DNA of 63,623 nt, counting the filler, from Streblomastix strix (taxonomy: Eukaryota): the NCBI GenBank assembly GCA_008636045.1. It is 4 parts of 4 records of this genome, joined end to end, with 100 filler letters (N's around TTAATTAATTAA, not from the genome) between each part and the next. Parts side by side here need not be neighbours in the genome. Positions count along the whole stretch, not along the records: positions 31,867 to 47,695 come from SNRW01000928.1; positions 47,796 to 63,623 come from SNRW01000929.1; 2 more parts are not named here. One strand, written 5' to 3'. Position numbers and translations under genes: made by a program. This document shows positions 38,842 to 50,782 of the stretch, one piece after another. The stretch's first letter is position 1. Each line of letters opens with the position of its first letter. Under the pieces are notes generated by a model. It saw nothing but the letters and a program-made list of their open reading frames with translations, searched no databases and had not been told where the DNA came from.

Positions 38842-41800
38842 ATGCATATCTCAATTCTTTTAGTGTGCTTTTTCCTCAGAGGAATAATAGCACAGGTTTG
38901 ATGTATTAAATTTTGTTTTATAGTTGTTTTGATGAGCATAATTTGATGTAGACATATTTTTATGAGCCATTTGAAGAAGATTCTTTGGGAAAATAGTGGA
39001 TTATAACAAATAATGAGAAATTTAATGGAACATGGACAATCGAAAATATGAATGATGATGTATTTTCAGAATTTGGAACTATTAGTAAAGGTATATTGCA
39101 AATGTAAATTTTAAATTCTATCGAATATCAATTTTCAGGACTCACAACAAAGACTGAGAATAGTTATAGTGCCATATCAAAACGAGCGAACTTTTTTATT
39201 AAAGGGTTACCACTCATTATTTAGGTTTGTTTGAATTTATAATTTAAAATGCAAAAATATTTATTTATTTTCTATTGTTTAAGTATCAATTAAAAGCTTA
39301 GAATATTCCATTCTTATGTGGTGGAGCATATATTAAGCTTTTAGCAGAAGATTATTTATAAGGAGAATTTGATAGTAATACAGGGTGTGATTATCTGATA
39401 TTTTTATATTAAATAATAATAAAGAAAATAAATAATAATTTAGTTATCACATCATGTTTGGTCCAGATAGCTGTTCAGGATCGAGTAAAATTCATTTCAT
39501 TTTGAGACTATTCCATCTCAATACATCTGCTCAAACTGAATAATAGAATAAATACTTCTATACTGAACATTAATTGATATCATCACCACCTGCACTTCTA
39601 TGGGAAGATCAATTATCACATATATTCACTCTTGTAATAAGAAAGAATACAGACAATATAACAGATGAAGAAGATCATTCTTAAGTAATAAAGGATACAA
39701 ATAAACGACTGAATAAGAAACCTTATTTAGAATTCATTATTCTTATGGATGGAGAAGTACTTAAAAGAGGAAGAATGATTAATTTACCTGAGACAAATGA
39801 TGATAATAAAAAATAAAGGAAGAATTTAAAAGGTGAGAACGGTAATGGACATCATCATAAGCATGAAAATGGATAAATAAGTGAAGAATAAAAAATTAAA
39901 AATGAATAAATGATGAAATAATTAATGGATCTATATAGTAGTTTTGGAGGAAGCGATATTATGGGAAATATTGGTGGAGACAATTTAAATAAAGGAAATG
40001 GAAATGGAATGAATAATATTGGATCTCAATTCCCTTAGATTCCATAATTTGGGTTCAATCAACTTTCTTCCCCATACAAATCTGAATTTAATCCTCCCAT
40101 TCAACCTCAATTATTGATTGAAGATACAGAATCTGATGAAATTGATTAAATTAGTGAATAAAATGAATATGAAGTTAGTAATGAAAGAAAAGAAACTGAA
40201 ATAAAAATAGATATCGATTAACAAACTACTTAATCTTTGAATGAAGACGAAAATTATGATGAAAATGGTATTATAATTTATTATTATTTTTTATTTGTAG
40301 ATCTCAATTCTTTCTTTCTTTCTTTTTCCTAATTCTAAATAGAACCTGAATTTATATTTGATCCAAATGATAAGAAACCTGATGACTGGGATGATAATGC
40401 TCCTAAGTTAATTATGATTGAAGTTGAAGTGGAAGAGGAAATAAATTAAGAAAACATTGATGAAGATAACAAAGAAATAATAAATTAATTAAACAATAAG
40501 AATTAAAATAAGAATATTAAGAAGGAAAAGAAATTAATACCTAATCCAAAATATAAAGGAGTTTGGCACCCTCATGCAATAAGAAATCCTAAATATAAAG
40601 ATCCATTGATTAAAGAAAGAATTAAAGAAATAAAATTAAACTAAAATGTTGATATTCTGAAATAGAATAATGAGAAGGGAGATGGTAAACAGGGATAATA
40701 ATTGGATAATAAAAGAGAATTGTCAAATAATGAAAATACAGATAAGATGAATACAAGCATTAAAATGAAGGTGAATCCTTATTATTATAGAATAATTGAG
40801 AATGAAGAAGATGAATAATTGATTTCTAATTAAGATTCAAAGAAGTTATCAAATATGAATATGAAAAATAAAGATGGAATAAATAATACCAATTTATCAT
40901 TATCAAATAACACATAAATTGATCTTTCTTAATTCCCTTCATATTCTCTATTTAATAATATTAGAGTAACAGGAATAGGATTTGAACTTCTTGTATCAAC
41001 ACCATAACTTCATATTAGTCACATTTATATTGGAAATGATGATATTATTGATAAGAAGAAATTGAAAGATTCAGAAGGAAAGAAGACATAAAGAACTGAA
41101 AAAGATGAAAATAATGAATAATTCTCTTCAAATAATAGAGGAATAAATAATGATGATAATAATAATGAAAATAATTCTAATTCTAAATCTAATGAAACAT
41201 CCAAGTAATATATTAATCGAACTTTAATTCCTCCACAACCAATAATTACTCAATAAAAAAATAAAAAATCATTTCCATTATCTTCATACAAAATATAAAG
41301 ACACGATTCACGTCATTTGCCTCTTAGAATGTCATCTCCGAGACAAAATCAGCCAGACTTTGAATTTTCCCAAGAATATACAAATATGATGAGACCCCTC
41401 ACTGTTAATGCACAAACATTAGCTCAATTTATTTGGTATCCAAGATTCTTAAAAGAGATGGTAATAAAAGAATAAGAAATTGATGATTAAGATCCTGCTG
41501 TGAAGAATGAAAGGAAAGCATAAAGGGTAGCTTTATTTATAGAATGGTTCTTTGGACCTGAAAGTTCATTAGGAGAAGGAATAGCACAATTTCTCATAAC
41601 AATTATTGTAGATATAGGTACTGATCATCCAAAGCTTTAATGGGCTCTATATATTGTTGGTACTATTCTCATATTAACTCCATTTGCCATATTAGCATAA
41701 CTTCTGACAATGTTTGTGAAATGGATTTAGAAATACAGAAAGCGAAAGAAAGAAGAATCTGAAATGCACAAAAGATTTATGGAGAAATATAATAAATAAA

Positions 41801-42315
41801 AAGAATAGGAAAGAATTGAAAGAGAGAAAAAACAAAAAGAAGAAGAAGATAAAAAGAAAAAGAAATTTTAAGAGTAAAAAGAGAGAATGAAGGAAAAAAA
41901 TAAGAAAGAAGATGAAACAGTAAAAGATTATTTAGAAGAGGGTATTGAAATAGAAGATGATGGAGCAGGATTGAAATTAGATGATATGGAGGACATTTCT
42001 AATTATACAGAAGAAGAAGCAAATGCTGCTGAAGCGCGATTGAGAAAGACACTTTTAGATTTGAAAGAGAAAAGAAGGTTATTTGAAGATTAAGAAAAAT
42101 AATAGGAGAAAGAAAATGGAGAAATAATTGATGAAGAAGAGGAAGAAGAAGATGACTAAGAAGATGATGATGAAGAAGAATATGATGTTGAAGAAGAAGA
42201 TGAAGAAGAATATGAGTGGGAAGGGGAGGATGATGAAGAATAAGAGGGAGAGGAAGAATAAGAGGAAAAAGAAAAGGAAAACACTGAAAATGGTGAATTA
42301 AGCAAAGTTGATTGA
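38842..42315 (+). CDS. CANX: Calnexin-like ER lectin chaperone with large low-complexity insertions
   Basis: Signal peptide, FYEPFE, GTWTIE, YSAISK, PLIIQ|Y, CGGAYIKLL, YHIMFGPDSC, KIHFILR, IFDPNDKKPDDWD, IPNPKYKGVWHPHAIRNPKY, TGIGFEL, a TM segment (WALYIVGTILILTPFAILA) and an acidic tail. TGA at 42313-42315. Confidence 0.9.
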
Positions 42316-42667
42316 ATAATTATATTTCAAACAGCTTCACTGCTATTTTATTGTGTGTTTTTAATTTGAGTATAATTATGAAAATTCTATGTGCTTTTAT
42401 TTGTTTTTACAAAACCAGAAAATTTTAAATCAAAATATTTGATCGTGTTTTTCATCTGTCCAATAGTATAAAAAACAAAAAATAAAGAATATCTTTTTTG
42501 AAATAAATAAATTATCTTAAATATAAATAAATAACCTGTATATTATGATCGGGAGCTCAATACATGCATTTATTATTATTTTGCTAAATAAGGAGCACCC
42601 ATTTAGAATAACACGTGCTAAATATGAAATTCCATATTAATTTTTCTTATATTATTATTTTTTTAGA

Positions 42668-42988
42668 TGGAAGAAATCGTCATAAAAAGAAGATTGATAG
42701 AGACTGAGGTAGACTAGCTGACGAAATTGTTAAGCGATGTCGAACAAAAATAGAAGGAAATTGAAAGTTTAAGAAAGATTTCAGCTGAAGGAATGTAAGA
42801 TTTGAAGACTTAACAAGCAACGAGTCCAATTGGGTATTCGCATATTCCAACAAATGTATGCCCAATTCTGTATATAGGCCATGATATGTAGCAAACGTAA
42901 AAGTCTGAATAACCAGATCATATTTTTATTCCTGGTGATTCTTTTACATTTGTTTGGAATATGTAACATGGAAGGAAGTTTGAATGAA
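42668..42988 (+). CDS. Possible small hypothetical protein (last exon), convergent with SEC22
   Basis: After an AG acceptor, about 105 codons are TGA-free (RRLIETEVDQLTKLLSDVEQKQKEIESLRK...). I recognise no family. Confidence 0.3.
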
Positions 42989-43026
42989 TCAATAAACCAC
43001 GAATTTTATATTGAAATACCTCATTG

Positions 43027-43848
43027 TCAATTTAAAAATTTTGATCTGATGAAAATTGCAAGTAGAACAACAATTCCAACAACAGCGTAGGGCACTGCAG
43101 CTCTTAAACCACCTCTGTTCAGTTCTGTGGCATTTCTTCTGAATTCCTGCGAGTCATGGACAAGAGATTGGGATAAGTTTCGTACCACTAATTAATTCAT
43201 AAATTAAAAATTTAAATAAAATAAAATCTAACCATCGATCTTCTCACCTCTTCCAATCACTTCATCCAGATTCCTTGTTAATATTCCCCTGACATTATTC
43301 ATTTCTGTTCCAAGCTCCTCTAACTTCGCTTATTGGCTCTCTTCGCTATAACGCATTCTTCTTTTCTCCAATTCCATATCGTATGCAACAAATTCATAAG
43401 GTCTACTTGCATTGGAAATTGATTGAGCATAAAGACGTAAGAAATCACGAGAAACATCTTCTAAGAAGGAAAAAGCAAGATCTTATCGGAATGCTTTGTT
43501 GCAGAGAGCTACAAATACCACATTCTATACAATTGAGTAACTATACATAATGATAAAAATAAAATAAATAATTAACAGGAGGTGCTGTATAAACACACTA
43601 AAAAAAATATCGCCCATCTTACACTGCCATTTGTTTTGGAGAACTTTCAGTTAACTTTTTTATGAGTTATTTGGCTTTCTTCTTCAGAGGCTCAATATCA
43701 ATTGCTGAAATCAATATTAATTAAAAAATCAATATAATAAAAAAAATCAATATAATTGAATGTGAAATAAACAATGATCATCCATCATCGATCCAGCTAG
43801 GATTAATCCATCACCAAGGCGTCCAATCAAAGAGGTTAAAATTGGCAT
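43027..43848 (-). CDS. SEC22: Longin R-SNARE Sec22
   Basis: MPILTSLIGRLGDGLILAGSM, KKKAKQLIKKL, LCNKAFRQDLAFSFLEDV, ASRPYEFVAYD, the SNARE motif MNNVRGILTRNLDEVIGRGEKID and a C-terminal TM. Three introns. Confidence 0.93.
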
Positions 43849-44912
43849 CTCAAATATAATTGAAAAAAAATAAAAAAATATAACAGAACAGAAATAATTT
43901 TAACATTTTTACGATAAATGAGAAGGATTTGCGGTAAGTTGAAAGCTTATTATTGTATTTTATTATTGATAATTATATTTTTATTGTAAAATAGTGAGTG
44001 ATTGGATTTATATTAATTAAAAGTTCTTTCAATTTGGTAAGGAGAATGTCATGTATAATAATTTAAAACTAATATTGAATAGCTAAATGTAATAATAATT
44101 GTATTATATTTGTTAATTTGCAAGAATTAACTAGATTGCTTTCATTATCCAATCTTACTCAAAGTTGGAGAGAAATAGCAGTATGTAATTGATATCAGCT
44201 TCCTTTTCGGAATTTGATGCAGTTCGAATGTAAATGTAGGTACTATTGATATAATCGTATAATATATGTATAGTAAAACAATAAAAATACAATAAGTAGT
44301 TTTTTTATAGCGTGCAGGAGATTAAATAAAGGCAAAACAAAAATATGAAAATTGTGATCCAATTTTGCGGTTAGATAATGATTTAATTTCATGGCCAATG
44401 ATAAAATATGATATATTTGAGTTTTGTAGTTACAATAATTTGGTGTGTTCGCCAGAATTAAAAGCAACAGAACATGTAAGTCTCACTATTCACCAAAATA
44501 CTCCAGATTTGTTGATAGACTGATTTATAATTTAAATTAATTAAATATTGTAATGCAATAATATTTGACAATTATTTAATTGATACTAAACAATATTAAT
44601 TCCAATTTAGGATCACAATACCCCATGCAAAATAATTTTATTAAAACTTAATTTTCAGCAAATAAAGATTAATAAACAGTTTAAATTTATATACAACAAA
44701 CTTTAAATGTTAAATAATACAAATTCGAAACTGTTACAAAGCCATTATTTTGTTATATTCAAAACTTAAAATTCACAATAAAACTTAGATTTTATTAAAT
44801 ATTGGCATTTTTCATACATAATAATTAATATGAATTAATAAATGCTCATTACTTTATTTATATATTTTATCCTAACAGTAATATAATTTCTTTTCTTTTT
44901 TACTCAATTTAG

Positions 44913-47695
44913 ATGAGTTTGGAACCTCTTTATGCATTCGGTCCAGTGATAACTTTAAAATTTCTTGAAAACACAGAAATTCTTGTTGGTATTTATTTTT
45001 GTTATATATATTGTCAGACTTTACCCACTATTTTATAATTTGCAGGCTCCCAAAATTAAATTATGCTTTTTGAGACTTAACCTCCCGTTCTCCTACAAAG
45101 TCTTCCTGTTTTCCATTCTTCATCTATTTTTGGAATTCGATACAGTATTCGATATTATTATTTCTTTAAATTCTACTTATTTATTATTTTTCACTTCATA
45201 ATATTATATATAGAGTAAATTTGTACAGATTTGGCTATTGTAGCAGTTTTTGGGTCATATTTTATACATTTACTTTTATATCACAGTAGAAAAGGGAATA
45301 AATAATCTTATCTTGAACTATTATTATATGAAGAATTTAGGATGAGAGATTGGATTCTTGATATTACTATACTTGTAACACCGAATAAACCAGAATTAAT
45401 GAACAATGAAAACGAAGATGAACTTATTATCTCATCCTTGACTAATTACAACATATTTCTTGTCTTAGGCTTTTCTAAATGTGGAATTTCATGTTTCAAA
45501 TTGTGTAATAAAGAAAATTATTTACATCTTCTGGAAATATAATAATCTACACTTCTTTGCCATCTTGGAAATTTATTTTCTATGTCATTTTACATTGAAG
45601 ATGAATTTGAAATTAATAATTAATAATAAAAATATTCAGCAGAGAAGAAGTTGAATTAAATTCTTAATAAAATCAAAGTTGCAGTAGGTACAATAAGCAA
45701 TACAATAGTTATTGCAAGACCATTCGAAACATAGGAAAGAAATATTGAAGATTAGCTTTAAGCCAGATAAGACAAAGAAAAATAAGGAAGAATTAATTTT
45801 GTTATTCAAAAATAAAAAGGATTTGTATTTGGATTATAATGGTGCATATATGGTCATTGCTTAATTGGATCTTCAGAAGATACTACAGCCTCAATATATC
45901 AAATTGATGAACAAAAGAAGTTTACAATTTTACTGATATTCTTTGAGATTTATTTATTTATTTATTATTTATTTATTTATAATTTATTATTTATTTATTA
46001 TTAATTTATTATTTATTTATTTATTATTTATTTATTATTAATTTATTATTTATTTATTTATTATTTATTTATTATTTATTTATTTATTATTTATTTATTT
46101 ATTATTTATTATTAATTTATTATTTATTTATTTATTTATTATTAATTTATTATTTATTTATTTATTATTTATTTATTATTTATTTATTTATTTATTATTT
46201 ATTTATTTATTTATTTATTAAGTGAATTCAAACAGGTTTGCATTGCTTGGGGACACATTGGCCGTGTATGGAATGCATCATTTGTTGGGAACTGTTTATG
46301 TTAAAACAAACACTCAATTGTATCCAATTCACAGAATTATTCACATATATTTTTTGCTACAGTATCGTAAGATGCAAAATGCAGAATTTTTTCAGTTAGT
46401 AGAAAGATATAAGATAAAGAAATTTAAATTCTATCTGAAGCATAATGCATATTAAAGCTCAATAATCATAATCTTAAGCATGCTTGGTGCATAGATTGTA
46501 TAAATATTAACAAAGCAGATTCAGATAATAAAGATTTGTAGAATGAAGTCCTTGTTGCAACTGGAGGAAATGATGGTGGATTAAAATTGATTAAATTGAA
46601 TCTTTCTGCATTAGAATAAAGTGCAAGAGAGAAAGATAGATATAAATTAATTAAATAAATGAAATCATAAGAAAGTATAGAACAAATGGAAGAAAATGCA
46701 ATAATAAAAAGAAAAGAAGAAAATCTTAATGATTAAATATTGAAAATAAGTATTGAAAATGAAAATAATTAAGAAGCTATCAAATATAAATTGAAAAATG
46801 AAGATGAAAAGGAGGAATTGAATTATAAATTTAAAAGCAAAGAAGAGAAAACAATACTTGAGGAAAATAAGAAATAAGTAAAGATATTAAGAAATAAATG
46901 CAAAAAAGACAGAAATATTGATATAATTAAAATCATTAAAATCTTTGGACGCGGAAAATGCATTATTATTGGAACAGAAAAAGGTGAAATATTAATTTCA
47001 AACTATGAAACAATTTATAATTAATTGAAACTGGAGAAATAAAATATGATTGATTTCAATTTTGATCTAGAATAAAGTTATTGGATAAAATTAAATTAAA
47101 AATAAATATAAAATTAATCTTCTATTTAATCATCCAATTAAACTTCATAAATAAAAGATGATCCAATAACTTTTATTTCATTTGACGATAATTTTAAAAA
47201 TGACGAGTAAATATCACTAGTCATTGATTCTGTCCTTAAAGATAAAAATAAATATATTCCAAATTCCTTATCTTAATAATAATAATAATAATAATAATAA
47301 TAGTAATAATAATAATAATAATATTAATAATAATAATAATATTAATAATTACAACAACAATAATAATAATAATAATAATCTACTTAAAAATCTTCATTCA
47401 TTTTTGTAGGGACAGCATATGGAATGTTAAAAATACTCCATATTTAATATATGATAAAAGGATAGATCAATATTGAACAAGAAATACTTAATTAATAATC
47501 CACATTAATTTCATCCTAATTAATTGCTGAGTGGAATGGATAAAGAGGAGCAGTTGAGTAGATAATTATAAAAGAAATTAATGAAACAAATAAGAATGAA
47601 GAGAAATAATAAAGAAATATACTAATTAGTATATTAGATAGAGGAGATCATGGAAGAAAAGGATAAGTTCATATTTGGAAAGTTAAAATTGCTTT
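44913..47695 (+). CDS. WD40-repeat protein, possibly WDR6/Trm734-like; the 3' end is off the contig
   Basis: N-terminal GPVITLKFLENTEILV, LRMRDWILDI, LIGSSEDTTASIY and VLVATGGNDGGLKL, with Q/N/E-rich insertions. Confidence 0.55.
45948..46220. repeat. Compound (TTTA/TTA)n microsatellite, probably intronic
   Basis: About 270 nt made only of ttta/tta/ttaa units. Confidence 0.92.
47274..47379 (+). repeat. (TAA/CAA)n triplet tract, likely coding poly-Gln
   Basis: TAA interspersed with TAG and CAA, which are synonymous if TAR is Gln, inside the WD40 gene. Confidence 0.8.
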
Positions 47696-47795
47696 NNNNN
47701 NNNNNNNNNNNNNNNNNNNNNNNNNNNNNNNNNNNNNNNTTAATTAATTAANNNNNNNNNNNNNNNNNNNNNNNNNNNNNNNNNNNNNNNNNNNN
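47696..47795. other. Artificial contig-joining spacer
   Basis: N44-TTAATTAATTAA-N44. Confidence 0.98.
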
Positions 47796-48819
47796 TGATT
47801 GAAATTTTTGATGAAAATTCATTCAACTTCATTAATTAACAAATAACAGAATGTTAAACTGAAATTGAAAGAATTCTTTTGGATATAATTGAACTTGTTG
47901 CTGATGCAGGAATGAAATAAAATCGGTAAATATATAAAATGTGATATAAATAAATATATAAAAAGAAACATTCTAATTTTATAGTTATGTGGAGATTATG
48001 TAATACAAATTTTGGAGAATAAAAATTGAAAAATAACAAATTTATATTAAATGAAAAGTGAAGAGAATTTTCCGCTTCAAATCATTCATCAATAATAAAT
48101 GCAATTACATAATTAAATATCATTCAATAATACTTCTGTGAAAAAATTAATATTTAATAAATATATATGGTTTAATAGTTGAAAATTTCAGCTATGAATA
48201 ATAAATAATTTGAATAGATAAAAAATCGAAATAAAATGATAAAATTGTGAAATAATAATTAATAATATTATTGATTATTTAGATAAATTAAAAAATATTT
48301 AAAGAATTTCAATTATGAACAAATATTCGAAGAAATGACGAAAATAGAAAAATAAGCTTTTATTTTGATAAATAATTTATTGTTTAGCTTGCATTAGATA
48401 GAATTTAGACAATTTAGATATTTAAATGAAAATATTCAATGTTGTATTATTTGAAAATATTTACAAAAGCGCTAAAATATGAATCAAAATAAAATTTGTT
48501 TTTTTTTGAATTTATCTACAAATATGCTCCTAAGCATATTATTTGAATTTAAGTTCAATAAATTAATTAAAATCGTTAAATTAATAAAACTTTCTTCGGA
48601 GTAGATCAAAATTAAAAAAAATAATAAAATTGATAATGACGAGTGATTTAATTTTGATATTTAAATCTATCTAAGAATATTAAATGATCCAACAATATTT
48701 TATTTTTATTGACAAGATATGTAACAAGAATTAATATTTAGTAAAAGTGCATCATCATTTCAGGGGAAATAGTAAATATAAAAGCATTGAACAACATTTT
48801 CCATTCCGGCGCAATATAT

Positions 48820-50782
48820 TCAAAGTATCTCTTTTGGGTGCTCAACCTAGAAATGCCTCTACATATCACCTCCTTTAATGCGAGCACAACAAACATTGCA
48901 GGAGTAAATCTTCTCGTAGCACTAGAACCTGTGTCTCGCTAAATCCTGCTGCTTGACAACAAATTTGCAAACATGGCAGATTTCTTCGTTTGCTTGGCAC
49001 GGTTAGCTGAGGTGGTACGGCACGTTTCGCACAGATGAGATTTTGTCGCCGCACTCGCATATGATCTCCTGGTGTATCAGCAGGTTGTGCTTCGGTAACT
49101 GCGACTTCAGGATCAAGAAATGGCATATTGGGCAGACTGCGATTCTCAGCTTGCAGGTAAACTCGTGTTTTTTGAGATCTTTGGAGAGAATATTCTGGTT
49201 GCAGTTGGCGCATCTCTAATGTGTACTGGTAGGTTAAGCTTTAGTTGCAGTTGTTCCTGTTTATGGTTTTGCAGTCTCAATCGCAGTTGGCAATTACGTT
49301 GGTTTTGCTTCTTATTTAATCAATTCAGAACTTTGCCCTTCTTCTTCTTCATATTCATATTCATCATCATCATCATCATATTCTTCAACTTCTCCATCAT
49401 CTTCTTCATCATCATCATTCTTACTAACCGAACACGAAACATGCGTTTCTACCAATTACCGCAATTTTATAATATAATCTTCCTCCGTGATCTCATCTGC
49501 CTCAATCCTAAATTAGCATTATCTACCCACCCCCAAAACACTCACGTACATTAACTCCGCATAATCAGACTCCTTCTCGTCCCAGTCTTTCTGCTCCGTT
49601 CGAACCAGCTTCAGCGACGGAACGTACACACGAATTGGAGCATTTGGGTCGGCTTTTATCCCCTTTTCGTACAGAATATTCGAGTAATAGAAGCGGTTTA
49701 TCTTCGGAAACCGGTCTTTCCAGGAGGCGAAAACGGCGCAATCGCTTTGGCCGGCGCTGAAAACAGTGATCTGTGTGCATGCAGTGTTCTGAAGTCGCAT
49801 TCTAAAGTAGAGATACTACCCGTCTTCAACTGTGTGTAAAAATTTTCTTAGGTTTTCTCTAACTTGCTGCATTTTTTCGGTCATTTTTTAGAATTCAGTT
49901 TTCTAACGCTGTTTCTATATCTATTTTTCCATTTCTTCTTCCTATTCTTCTTTAGTTTAATATCCCACTTATTTTTCTTCCCTCGCAATTTATAACTGCT
50001 TCTGATCGTCCTCCATATCCTTCAATCTGTACAGTTACATTGGATTATGCTTGGAGACATAATTGCTTGCATCCAAATTGCACTGACAAACACATTCATG
50101 TAAATCAACAGATGATGCTTGAGCAATATTAGAGTCCTTTTTAACAAGCAGCTGTCCAACTTCAACCCTGCATGATCTACCTCCAAATTCAAGCTCTATT
50201 ATTTACCCTTTGCCAACTGAATTGTATCTGCCATTTATAGCTTAAAGCAAACATACAGTAGCATCGTATATCTCGTCGAAGAAATCGCACTGAAGTGGTT
50301 TCAGGTCGATTGAGATGCAGACTGGAATATCCTGGACAAGCGTGACTTTGAATTCTTAATCTTCCAATGGACAGAAATCAGCATCTGAAGCTACGCATGA
50401 AATGACCCAGGGAGGACAAATAACTTCTTCCCTATCGGTGAATTTCTTGAGGCAGACGTATGCTTTTTTCTCGGGGATGTTCGCGTTCTGGATTTCAAAT
50501 GTGGGTGGAATCAAACGACTATAAATGTTCCCTCCATATATATGGCCACGCCATTTATTGGGCAGATAAACGCTATTTGTGTATCGAATAAGCTTTTCTT
50601 CTTCCGGGTCAACTTTCGCAATTTTATGTACATAAACAAAAGGAGTTAGTTTTGCGTCAATTTCCTAAAAAAAATTAAGTAAAAATCGATGAAATAATTA
50701 ATAAATAAAATAAAATAAAAATTTTGAGTGATTTTCTTACGAATGACAATTTTATAAATACATTTTTAGAATAAATATACAT
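48820..50782 (-). CDS. UFD1-like N-domain protein with a coiled coil, a putative ubiquitin/UBX-like domain and C-terminal TRAF-type zinc fingers
   Basis: NSVYLPNKW...PPTFEIQN...KAYVCLKKFTDREEVICPPWV...IDLKPLQCDFFDEIYDATVCLLQAINGRYNSVGKGQIIELEF...SVDLHECVCQCNLDA parallels UFD1. The C-terminus has CANC..H..C, CPIC..H..H, CEC..H..C, CHVC..H..C and CNVC..H..H. TGA at 48820-48822. Confidence 0.75.

Noticed and set aside
47224..47409. Poly-Asn ORF
   Set aside because: It is the wrong frame. The mix of TAA, TAG and CAA indicates poly-Gln in the real frame.
49120..49554. 144-aa plus-strand hydrophobic ORF
   Set aside because: It is the antisense of the acidic linker and zinc-finger region of the UFD1-like gene.
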